Origin: Centroscyllium fabricii | Lineage: Eukaryota | Reading direction: 5' to 3' | Length of the DNA stretch: 64,000 nucleotides | Assembly (NCBI GenBank): GCA_051313645.2 | Contig: JBNRSN020000005.1 | Span: forward strand, 49,910,001-49,974,000 | Part shown: in pieces, positions 10,154 to 21,285 of the stretch | How positions within the stretch are numbered: position 1 is the stretch's first letter | Layout of the letters: every line of letters starts with the position of its first letter | Made by a program: the position numbers and the translations under genes | Notes under the pieces: model-generated | The model's database searches: none | What the model saw: only the letters and a program-made list of their open reading frames with translations | Told to the model about the DNA's origin: nothing

Positions 10154-10402
10154 TGTAACCGTCAATAACGTCTTCGGAGTCGAATAGTTGGTTATAATAA
10201 TCAGGCTTTTATTAACTTCGTTGGAGATACACAACCGAGCTGACTGTCCCCAGAATGGCGCGGGGGATGGGGACAGTCCTTTATGTACCTCCTCCGGCGG
10301 GGGAGGAGTCATGGGCGGTGCCAGGTATCATACAGGTGTTACATGGTATTACAGTGCTATACAGGTGTTACATGGTATTACAGTGATATACAGTTTATCA
10401 CA
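10154..10402 (-). repeat. 5' LTR of copy B
   Basis: Matches 5722-5970. Followed (minus strand) by a 19-nt leader and then the ATG. Confidence 0.97.
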
Positions 10403-10717
10403 CCGACAAGTGTCCAGATAAGTCATGTACAATTAGCCAATTCTCTGTACTGATGTCCATTTGAAGATCAGAGGGAAGACAAGACCAAAGGTCAGATCCG
10501 TCAATCTTAGTTTTATATTAGGCCCAGAAATTCGGGTTGGAGGCTTCCTGCGAGTGCATTGTTATTTTGTATTAGCAGCTCCTGGTGTGTGTGAATATAG
10601 GTTCAAATTTATATTTTCACTCTCGTGATGACGTTATAATGAAGGCACCGACTGCTTTATTATTAAACATGCAGATCAGAAAGTCTCATGTTTAATCTCT
10701 GATCTATACTGAGTTAT

Positions 10718-11555
10718 GGGGAGGAATTTTAATCTAAGAATCAACAGGTGGGTTGGGGGTGTGTGAGAAGTTAAAGTGTTAAAAATCTGAATCCTGACCA
10801 GAATCCACCTCCAACCCGCCCACTTCAGGTTTTAACGGAGGCGAGACGGGACGGGGGCGGGCAGCCAATCTGCTGCCAGGAGGCTGGTCGTCCATTTCAA
10901 TATTATAATGAGGCTGGAAGCCTCTACTTTAGCCTCCATTTTGAATTTATCTTTCGCTGGTCGGGCTTTGCAGGCATCGTGAAACCTGCCAGCTAATGCA
11001 AGGCAAGGATTGCTGGATCCAAGAGGTAAGTGCCTTTACACTTAACTCCTGAATCCAGCATCCCTGCCTAGCCCACCCACCCCGTGATCAGAGACCCACC
11101 CCACCCCCTAGCCCCTGGCTAGGCCTCCACTCCCCCCCACATCCTCCAGGCCTCCGCTCCCCCCCACCTCCTCCAGGCCTCCGCTCCCCCCCCCCCACCT
11201 ACTCCAGGCCTCCGCTCCACCCACCTACTCCAGGCCTCCGCTCCCCCCCCCGCCACCACCTCCTCCTGGTCTCTGCTCCCCCAACTAGGCCTCCGCTCCT
11301 GCCCTCCAGCCTCCGATTTCCCTCCTCCCAGGCCTCTGATCCCTATCATGAGGCCTCCCCCTCCCCATGCTCCTCTGGCCCTCCCATGCCATCTCCATCT
11401 GGCTGGATGCAGGTTGGAAACAGAGGCTCCCCATTGCAAATCAGGCCCTGTCATTAAATTCAGCAGGGCCTGCAGGAAGCCCATTCTCCCGGGTTACCCA
11501 ACCGCTTCGGAGCCGCCCCACACCCAACCTGTCTTCCCCATTGGATTTCAGCAAA
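10718..11555. mobile_element. Old GC-rich MITE-like DNA transposon with internal AGGCCTCCGCTCCCC short repeats
   Basis: Degenerate termini GG..GGAATTTT / AAAATCT. Architecture resembles the other MITEs in the window; boundaries approximate. Confidence 0.45.
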
Positions 11556-11568
11556 ATCTAACAGTTAA

Positions 11569-12016
11569 AAGAAAAGAAAGACCTGCATTTATATAGCACC
11601 TTTCATGACCAACGGGCATCCCAAAGCGCTTTACAGTCAATGAAGTACAGTTTTGAAGTGTGGTCACTGTTGTAATATAGGAAACGCGGTAGCCAATTTG
11701 CGCACAGCAAGCTCCCACAAACAGCAATGTGATAGTGACCAGATAATCTGTTTTGGTTATGCTGTTTGAGGGATAAATATTGGCCAGGACACTGGGAATA
11801 ACTCCCCTGCTCTTCTTCGAAATAGTGCCATGGGATCTTTTACATCCACCTGGGAGGAGTAGTCGGGGCCTCAGTGTAACGTCTCATCTGAAAGACAGCA
11901 CCTCTGACAGTGCAGCACTCCCTCAGTACTGTGCTCCGGTCTCTGGAGTGGGACTTGAACCCACAACCTTCTGACTCAGAGGCGAGGGTGCTACCAGCTG
12001 AGCCACAGCCGACACT
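11569..12016 (-). mobile_element. tRNA-headed Deu-domain SINE (SacSINE1/AmnSINE-like)
   Basis: tRNA-like head (rc GTGGCTCAG...GGTTCAAGTCCC), Deu core (GTGCAGCACTCCCTCAGTACTG, GTGCCATGGGATCTTTTAC), TTTC-type tail. Confidence 0.8.
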
Positions 12017-12188
12017 GATCTCACCACCCCTGGGTTAGGAGGCAGAAAATCAGCCAGGATTCTTGCAACAATTTAGTATCCAGTGATCCCTACCAAAAGT
12101 GCGTGTGTGTGTGTCAGGTGAGGATCGGATCAATCTTGTCTCTGGTGCTCCCTGAGTCGGATAGCATGCCAACACTCACTCTTGACGA

Positions 12189-12506
12189 ATCATAGAATCA
12201 CAGAATCCCTACAGTGCAGATAGAGGCCATTTCGGCCCATCGAGCCTGCACCGACTCATATCCCACCCTATCCCCGTAACCCCACATATTCAATCCCCCT
12301 AACACTAAGGGTCAATTTATCATGGCCAATCAACCTAACCTGCACATCTTTGGACTGTGGGAGGAAACCGGAGCACCCGGAGGAAACCCACGCAGACACG
12401 GGGAGAATGTGCAAACTCCACCCAGATAGTACCCGAGGCTGGATTTGAACCCGGGTCTCTAGTGCTGTGAGGCAACAGTGCGAACCACTATGCCACCGTG
12501 CCGCCC
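12189..12506 (-). mobile_element. V-SINE (HE1-like)
   Basis: rc GGGCGGCACGGTGGC...GGTTCAAATCC head, V-domain TCTGCGTGGGTTTCCTCCGGGTGCTCCGGTTTCCTCCCACA, CR1-like tail. Confidence 0.9.
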
Positions 12507-12561
12507 TTGAATCACACATGAAGAATGGCTGCTGGGACAGTGGAGCCCTACTCCAGGATGA

Positions 12562-12738
<177 letters not shown>

Positions 12739-13012
12739 TAAATGAAGAGAATAATTGTTACTGTATTTAATGATCGGTACTCTTACAATTAAAAACTCAC
12801 TGTTAAAATGAAGCTCTAACTCACATGAAGCACAAAATTTGACCGTGCACTGACAACTTTGTTTATAAAACCTATTATTACTGTTCAATCTGCTTTTTCA
12901 TATTCTGCAAACATAGAAAGTTTGCCACGTTTTTCTATCAGAAAATAATAGAAAATGCGTTACAGCCTTACCAGGGGTTTATTGAACAAGGCAAGTTATA
13001 ATGTGTGTTAAT

Positions 13013-13751
13013 GGGCCAGAAATTCGGGTGCCTCGCACCAGTTGCACCCGCAGGAGTCAATTACACCCAAAAATCCCAATTGAAAAGGGTGAAAATTAGT
13101 GTGTGAATCTGTGGGCAAGTGGCCTTTGAGTTGCACGGGAAAAAAGGAGTCGTAACCTGTGCGTTGGTGAGAGCAGTGCGTTCTTAAACAAGGTAATTGA
13201 CTTTTTTACCTTTAATTTTAAGTATTATAAATTTTTTAGAGTAATGTGGCCAGATCGCTATCATTTAATTTGGCTGTTAAAGTTTTGTTTTTTTATTTAA
13301 AAATCCAAATTTCAATTGTTATACACATTGCTTTCTATTCCAAATCGCTTATTTTTAAATTTTAAGTTCTGAAATTTTTAACTATTTTCTTAATTTAAAA
13401 AACTAAGAGAAGAAATCGCTGAGACTTACCTCCAAATCTGCCCTGGCCGCCGTTGCTCACTGCCGAGTCTGTGGGTGCAGCAGTGGGCGTGGTCCTAATC
13501 GAGGCCTCACGTGCCTGCTCCCTACGAAATCTCTACGAAATCCGACTGTGGGCGGGGCATCACTCCAACGCATGCACGACGGCAGCGTATATGCAGCGCT
13601 CCTAGTGTGGCTGGACTGCCACGCAGCCCAGGAACGGGGCGGAGCCAACAGGAAGTTTTGGCCGTAAAAAATGTGCGATTATGGTGCGGTGCTATAGGTG
13701 TCCGCATGGTCCTTGCACCCGCACCAACCGGCAGACTGCAATTTCTGGCCC
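13013..13751. mobile_element. Harbinger-like MITE
   Basis: TIR GGGCCAGAAATT / AATTTCTGGCCC, 3-bp TSD AAT. Confidence 0.8.
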
Positions 13752-13914
13752 AATATTCCTGTTATTGTTCTGATTACTGAAAAAAACATTAACACTGTAA
13801 ACTGAGTGATATACAGATTACACTAGTCAATCTCCTGTGGTATTGCACACAAAGTCAAGACCAAATGCAACTTTCAGGTAAGGCAGTGTTAGAAGGCAGA
13901 GGATAATTGGACCA

Positions 13915-14850
13915 TTACAAAAGCAAAATACTGCAGATGCTGGAAATCTGAAATAAAAACAGAAAATGCTGGAAATATTCAGGTCAGGCAGCATCTGTAG
14001 AGAAACAGTTAATGTTTCAGGTCGATGACCCTTCGTCAAAACTGGAAAAAGCTAGAGATATAACAGATTATTAAACAAGTGTAGGGGCAGGGAAAGTGGG
14101 GAGGGGAGAAAAGGAAAAGAATATATATTAAAAAAAATAGGGGCGGGGTTATAGTCTGAAATTGTTGAACTCAATATTGAGTCCAGAAGGCTGTAAAGTA
14201 CCTAATCGAAAGATGAGATGCTGTTCCTCGAGCTTATGTTGAGCTTCGTTGGAACAGTGTAAGAGGCCAAGGATGCAGAGATCCGAGTGGGAGTGGAACA
14301 GAGAATTAAAGTGACAGGTGAACGGAAGCTCAGGGTCTTGCTTACGGACTGAACAGAGGTGTTCCACAAAGCGGTCACCCAATCTGCATTTGGTCTCCCC
14401 AATGTGGAGGAGACCACATCATGAGCAGCGAATAAAATATACTAAATTGCAAGAAGTACAAGTAAATCGTTGTTTCAAGCGGCAGGTGTTGCATCTCCTG
14501 CGCTTGCACGTGAAGGTGCCAGGCAAAGGGGAAGGGGTGTTTGGGGTGATAGGGAGGAGTGGACCAGGGTGTCACGGAGGGAGCGGTCCCTTTGGAATGT
14601 TGAAAGGGGAGGGGAAGATGTGTTTGGTGGTAGGATCACGCTGGAGATGGTGGAAATGGCGGGGGATAATCCGTTGAATGCGGAGGTTGGTGGGGTGAAA
14701 GATGAGGACAAGCGGAACCCTATCATGGTTCTGGGAGGGAGAAGGGGTGAGAGCAGAAGTGCAAGAAATGGAACGGACACGGTCAAAGGCCGTGTCAACC
14801 ATGGTAGAGGGGGATCCTCGGTTGAGGAAATAGGAAGACATATCGGAAGT
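13915..14850 (-). mobile_element. Penelope-like element fragment (GIY-YIG C-terminus plus pseudo-LTR)
   Basis: GDRFVEH...HFNS...KLEEQHLIFRLGTLQPSGLNIEF. Terminal repeat with a degenerate hammerhead core near 14000-14040. Confidence 0.8.
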
Positions 14851-14852
14851 AC

Positions 14853-15262
14853 TAGTTTTCCTTGGAGCAGAAAAGGCTGAGTGGGGACCTGATTGAGGTG
14901 TACAAAATTATGAGGGGCATAGATAGGGTAGATAGAAAGGAACTTTTTCCCTTAGTAGAGGGGTCAATAACAAGGGGGCATAGTTTCAAGGTAAGGGGCG
15001 GGAGGTTTAGAGGGGATTTGAGGAACAACTTTTTCACCCAGAGGGTGGTTGGAATCTGGAACTCACTGCTTGAAAGGGTGGTAGAGGCAGGAACCCTCAC
15101 AACATTCAAGAGGCGTTTAGATGAGCACTTGAAGTGCCATAGCATACAAGGCTACGGACCAAATGCAGGAAAATGGGATTAGAATAGACAGGGCTTGATG
15201 GCTGGCATGGACGTGATGGGCTGAAGGGCCTCTTTCTGTGCTGTATAACTCTATGACTCTAT
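14853..15262 (+). mobile_element. CR1 LINE 3' fragment
   Basis: GDLIEVYKIMRG...FFTQRVV..WNSL; CTATGA-type tail. Confidence 0.9.
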
Positions 15263-16174
15263 GGGGGCTAAATTCGTCAGCGCACGATTTCTGGCGAGAA
15301 AATTGGCGCAGTGCTAAAATTAGCGCCGAGGCGCCCGATATTGGTGTTAGCGTCGGCCTTGCAGATTTCGGCGCTAATTCAGGTCTTGCACGGCTTCCAG
15401 GCGGCCAATTTATTTCCGCAATTGCCGTTCCCGGGCGCAGCGCTCCCTCACCAACTGCTTGCTTCCCCATGACCTCTGCAGCCGAATAGGTCTTAAAAGA
15501 GAAGCAGAGCAGCATCTTTTCCTCCCCGCTCTCTTATCAATTGGCCGATCAGCGGCCGCCCGACCCCCCTCCCCGCTCTCTGATCAGTTGCCGATCGGGG
15601 CCGCCCAACCCCCCTCACCGCTTTCTGATCAGTTGCCGATTGGGGGCCGCCCGACCCCCCTCCCCGCTCTCTGATCAGTTGCTGATCGGGGGCCGCCTGA
15701 CCCCCCCATCGGCAACTGATCAGAGAGCGGGGAGAGGGGTCGGGCGGCCCCCAATCGGCAACTGATCAGAGAGCGGGGAGGGGGTTCGGGCGGCCCCCCC
15801 TCCCCGCTCTCTCATCAATTGGCCGCTCGGGCCGACTCCCCCCATCAGCTGGCCGCTCGGACCGAAGAGGGAGGGTGGCCCTTTTAGCAGCGCTGCAGCG
15901 GCCACTCAAACCCGCTGCAGCGCTCGCCGAAGCTGGCGCTGGCAGCACAGGGTGGGGTGGACTGGCGCAAAAGCACATTTCGGGTGCAGACCAGTGGGCA
16001 AGCGTTGCACACGCATTTCCACGACAATTGCTGATCGCTAATTAGCGCACGCTAACATTTAGCGCCGATGCTAATCACTATGCCAATTTACCATCTGCCG
16101 CTAATTTGGCACCGGCCCATTAACGCCGATTTTGGGCATTAATGGGCCGGCGCTAAGGCACCAATTTTGCGCCC
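15263..16174. mobile_element. GC-rich Harbinger-like MITE inserted in the CR1 tail
   Basis: GGGGGCTAAATT...AATTTTGCGCCC, TSD TAT, internal tandem and inverted repeats. Relatives at 42221, 51949 and 63715. Confidence 0.75.
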
Positions 16175-16242
16175 TATGAGTATGGAAGGTGGCATCGTCA
16201 GAGCAAATGCGACGTAGATGGAGAAACTTGGAGAATGGAATC

Positions 16243-16632
16243 TGGGGATCTCATTGAAACTTATAAAATTCTAACAGGACTAGACAGACTAGATGCAGGA
16301 AGGATGTTCCCGATGGTGAGCGAGTCCAGAACCAGGGGGTCACAGTCTAAGGATAAGGGGTAAGCCATTTAGGACTGAGATGAGGAATTTCTTCACCCAG
16401 AGAGTGGTGAATTTGTGGAATTCTCTACCACAGAAGGCAGTTGAGGCCAATTCAATAAATATATTCAAGAAGGAGTTAGATAGATTTCTTAAGGCTAAAG
16501 GGATCAAGGGATATGGGGAGAAGGCAGGGACAGGGTACTGAATTTGGATGATCAGCCATGATCTCGTTAAATGGCAGAACAGGCTCGAGGGACCGAATGG
16601 CCTACTCCTGCTCCTATCTTCTATGTATCTAT
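16243..16632 (+). mobile_element. CR1 LINE 3' fragment
   Basis: GGGGATCTCATTGAAAC...TTCTTCACCCAGAGAGTGGTG...CCTACTCCTGCTCCT tail. Confidence 0.85.
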
Positions 16633-17087
16633 GGAATAGAGTTCTTACAGGAAATGGGGTGGGAGGAAGTGTAGTCCAGGTAGCTGTGGGAGGCTTATAC
16701 TGAATGGATAATTGGACCATGATGTGCAGATATAATCCAGGCCCCATTTGAAATAATACATTCTGTCCTTATATAATATTTGATTTTATATTATTATCAT
16801 TAAAAATAACAAAACATGATGTGGTAACCGTATTACCAGTGTATATAGTAACCGTATTACCAGTGTATATATGGATGTGCTCACCTTTGACATTGTACAT
16901 TGTATGCAAGGCCAGGTCAGCCACACCTCTAACTCCTCCCCTCAGGTGGGAGCATATAGGTGAGGGCTGTCCTGCCCCCGCTCATTCTCGCCTTGAACTC
17001 GACAGGAGACTAGCTCCATTGTAAGTGAATAAAAGCCTGTAGTTTGGGTATCTACTCGTCTTTCGTGCTTGATTGACGATACGTCAA

Positions 17088-17100
17088 TTTTATTCACTTA
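17088..17100 (+). promoter_or_regulatory. Non-tRNA PBS-position element of copy C (TTTTATTCACTTA), complementary to LTR 17022-17034
   Basis: 13/13 reverse-complement match to TAAGTGAATAAAA in its own LTR; 1 nt from the LTR end. Function is inferred. Confidence 0.8.
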
Positions 17101-17110
17101 ATTTTAAAAC

Positions 17111-20100
17111 ATGGAGAGTAACGCAGTGAAACCGGATCGCCTCGACATCAATCCTCAGGCACCCGATGCTGCTAACAACTTCGAACACTGGTTCGGCCTG
17201 GTCGAGGCCTACATGAAGGCCGTGAAGGCTACAAGTGATGAGGATAAACTCCAGGTACTCTCATCACGGATCAGCGGCCGGGTGTACTCCTTTATCCGCG
17301 GCCTCAAGACGTACGGGGAAGCGGTGAAAAAACTAAAGGACTGCTACATGCGCCCGGCCCACTCGGTCTATGCCAGGCATGCTCTGGCGACCAGAAGACA
17401 ACGACTCGGTGAGTCCAACGAACAGTTCTTACTAGCGCTTCAAGCCCTCGCACGGGCCTGCAACTGCCAGCCAAGGACGGCGGAGGAAGAAGCGAACCTC
17501 CTAATCTGGGATGCATATGTAGCTGGACTCCGGTCCAGCCAGGCCCGCCAGCGGCTGCTGGAGCAGGATACACTGTCGCTCGAGTCCGCAATAACTCTTT
17601 CTAATGCGGTGGACGGAGCGCTCCGAAAGCTGGAGGCGCATGGAGACCACGGCCCACACGAAACCCCTGACCCCTGGGCGCCACCGCGACAGGCCGAGAC
17701 CCCCACGATGGCAGCGGCGGCTGCGAAGACACCGGCGTGATACAGATGCTACTTCTGCGGCCAAGAAAAGCACCCGCGGGCGCAGTGCCACGCGAGAAAC
17801 GCGACCTGCGAGCGGTGCACGAAGAAGGGGCACTAAACGAAGGTGTGCAAGTCCAGCCCAGCCTCCACCTCCAGACCCAACAGCGCGGCCTGTGAAAACA
17901 GCGATGCCACTCCATGGCCCAAGGTACGGTGTTGCAGCGCAACCCAGCAGCGGTCAGCCGGGGGTAAATCGCGGGCGCCACAGTCCCCTTTGACTGTACA
18001 GCGGAGGCCGGCCGCGCCCATGGCACAGGCGGCGCCACTCCAAACGCGACCGCGACCGGCCATGTGCGACCCCCCGGCGCCGCCATCTTATCGACAGCGG
18101 CCGGCCATATGCGACCCCCCGGCGCCGCCATCTTGTCCACTGCGGCTAGCCACGTGCGAACCACGGGCGCTGCCATCTTATCCTCAGCGGTCGGCCATGT
18201 GCGAACCATGGGCGCCGCCATCTTGTCCACCGCGGTCGGCCACGTGCGAACCACGGGCGCCGCCATCTTATCCACAGCAGTCGGCCACGTGCGAACCACG
18301 GGCGCCGCCATCTTGTCCACAGCAGCCGGACTCGAGCGCATCGCCAGCGCCGCCATCTTATGAGCGGCCATCTTGCCAACTGCCCCGGCCGGGGCCCCAG
18401 CTAGCGGAGGGCCCCCACTCACACACATACACCTCGGCCTCAGCCACTGTCGATTAGGCTAGGCCGCACACCTTGTCCAACTCCATGATGGGGATTAAAG
18501 TGGACGGGCACGTCACTAACTGCCTGTTCGACACCGGTAGCACAGAGAGCTATATACACCCCGACACAGTGCGGCGCTACGCACTGCGGACCCTGCCCAT
18601 GCAATACCAAATCTCCCTTGCCTCAAAGTCCCACACGGCGGATGTCACCGGCTACTGCAGCGTCACGCTCACGATCAGGGACTGCATTTACCGCAATTTT
18701 AAGTTGTACATCCTCCAGCAGTTGTGCGCCCCAGTCTTACTGGGACTGGATTTCCAGTGCCACCTGAAGAGCGTGACGATGGATTTCGGTGGAACCCTGG
18801 CCCCCCTCACCGTCAGTAGCCGAGACAATCCCTACTTAAAGCAGAGCTCGACTTGCAGCCTGTCCACATTAAAAGTCGACCCCCCCTCACTGTTCGCCAA
18901 TCTCGACCCCAAATGCAACCCATTGCTACCAAAAGTCGGCATTACAGTGCAGGGGACCGGGCATTTATCAGGTCGGAAGTCGGGCGTATGCTGCAAGAGG
19001 GGATCATTGAGGCCAGCACCAGCCCTTGGCGGGACCAGGACGTAGTGGTTAAGACGGGCGGCAAACTGCGCATGGTCATCGACTATAGCCAGACGATTAA
19101 CCGCAACACCGGGCTCGACGCCTACCCCCTCCCCTGCATCTCGGATATGGTAAACCAGATCGCCCATTACAAGGTCTTTTCCACAATCGACCTCAAGTTG
19201 GCGTATGACCAACTCCCCATCCGGAAATCCGACCGCCAGCACACCGCCTTCAAGGCGAACGGCCGGCTCTACCACTTCCTCCGGGTCTCCTTCGGCGTGA
19301 CCAATGGAGTGTCGGTATTCCAGAGGGAGATGAACCGTATGGTTGACTAGAATGGGTTGCAGGCCACCTTCCCCTACCTGGACAACGTGACCATCTGCGG
19401 CCATGACCAGCAGGACCACGATGCCAACCTCGCCAAATTCCTGCACATGGCGAAACGGCTGGATCTCACGTACAATGAGGACAAGTGTGTCTTTAGTGCG
19501 GATCGGCTCGCTATCCTCGGATACGTGGTGGAAAACGGGGTCCTCGGCCCCGACCCACAGCGTATGCGCCCCTTACAAGAGCTGCCCTTACCTCACAACC
19601 CCAAAGCCCTGAGGAGATGTCTAGGGTTCTTTTCTTATTACGCGCAATGGGTCCCCCAGTACACGGATAAGGCCAGACCTCTCCTCAAGGCCGATGTCTT
19701 CCCCCTCTCGGAAGAAGCCCAAACGGCATTCGCTCGCATTAAGGAAGACATCATCAAGGCGACCATGCCCACCGTTGATGAGTCCATCCATTTCCAGGTG
19801 GAGAGTGACGCTTCGGACTTCGCCCTTGCCGCCACCCTGAATCAGGCAGGCAGGCCCGTAGCGTTTTTCTCCCGGACCCTACAGGGACCCGAAACTCGCC
19901 ACTCAGCAGGGAAAAAGGAGGCCCAGGCCATCGTGGAGGCAGTGCGCTACTGGCATCATTACCTGGCCGGTAAGCGTTTTACCCTGCTCACCGACCAACG
20001 GTCGGTGGCGTTTATGTTTAATAATAAACAACGGGGTAAGATCAAGAATGATAAGATCCTGCGGTGGCGGATCGAGCTTTTGACTTACGAGTACGACATT

Positions 20101-21285
20101 CTTTACCGTCCAGGCAAGCTCAACGAACCCCCGGACGCACTGTCCAGGGGAACGTGCACCAGCGCCCAGCTTGACCGGCTGAAGGCCCTCCACGATCGCC
20201 TCTGCCACCCGGGTGTCACCAGACTCGCCCACTTCGTCAAATCCCGTAGCCTCCCCTACTCCATCACGGAGATAAAGGCTATGACCAAAGAGTGCCCTGT
20301 CTGTGCCAAGTGCAAACCCCAATTTTACAGGCCAGACACGGCGCACATCATCAAAGCCACCCGCCCCTTTGGACGCCTGAGCGTGGACTTCAAAGGCCCC
20401 CTCTCCTCCACTGACCGCAACTCGTATTTCCTCACGGTCATAGATGAGTTCTCACGCTTCCCCTTCCCCTGCCCAGACATGACGAGCGCAACAGTGATCA
20501 AACACTTCACCACGCTGTTCGCCATTTTCGGTCTCCCCAGCTACATCCATAGCGACCGGGGGTTGTCGTTCATGAGCGACGAACTGCGTCAGTTTCTGCT
20601 TCAGAAAGTGGCTGCCTTAAGCAGAACGACCAGTTACAACCCCCGGGGGAACGGCCAGGTAGAAAGGGAGAACGGGACCATCTTGAAGGTGGTCAACCTG
20701 GGCCTGAAGTCCAGAGGCCTTCCTGTCTCCCGTTGGCAGGAGCTCCTCCCAGACGCGCTCCATGCAATCTGCTCTCTGTTGTGTACCGCTACTAATTCAA
20801 CACCTCACGACCTGTTATTTTCCTTCCCCAGGAAGTCGACTTCGGGGACAGCACTCCCGCTGTGGCTCACAGCGCAGGGGCCTGTATTGCTTAGGAAACA
20901 CGTCCGCGGCCACAAGACCGACCCCCTGGTGGAACGAGTGCATCTGCTCCATGCCAACCAGCAGTATGCTTACGTGACATTCCCGGACGGGCGCGAGGAC
21001 ACAGTCTCGATCAGGGACCTGGCGCCCGCCGGGAGCACTAGGGCAGAACCCCCGGTCGAGCCTCAGCCCGCCCAGCCACCACCCACCGAATACTGGCCTA
21101 CATACATACACACACCGGGGCCCTCAACACCACCGATCAACGACCCGGGATCAGACACCGCACCGCCGGCACCGTTGGCGGAGAGCCCGATCCTGGCCCT
21201 GCAACCGGCACCACCACCGTTACCGGCACCCCGGCGGTCCTCGAGGCAGACGCGACCGCCAGAGAGACTAATAGCGCAGTGTTGA
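17111..21285 (+). pseudogene. Disrupted gag-pol of copy C
   Basis: Premature stops at about 17738, 17834, 18455 and 19348, and a frameshift near 18918. Retains LFDTGS, YLDN, VESDASD and integrase motifs. Confidence 0.92.
18060..18380 (+). repeat. 45-bp tandem array in the gag-protease linker of copy C
   Basis: CGCCGCCATCTT(A/G) at 18078, 18123, 18168 (variant), 18213, 18258, 18303 and 18348; exact 45-bp period. Confidence 0.92.

Larger units (their letters stand above)
5722..10402 (-). mobile_element. Intact full-length Ty3/Gypsy LTR retrotransposon copy B (4681 bp)
   Basis: 249-bp LTRs (5722-5970, 10154-10402) that look identical. TG...CA ends, TSD CCGAC (5717-5721 / 10403-10407), PPT 5971-5982, single open ORF. 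Confidence 0.98.

Noticed and set aside
11940-12016. tRNA-like sequences (also ~12430-12506 and 26732-26800)
   Set aside because: These are SINE heads with A/B boxes, not complete tRNA genes.
18060-18365. PPSY motifs in the copy C linker as PPxY late domains
   Set aside because: They alternate with PPSC and are absent from A (PPSC/PPSR) and B; a single G>A change in the repeat unit explains them.
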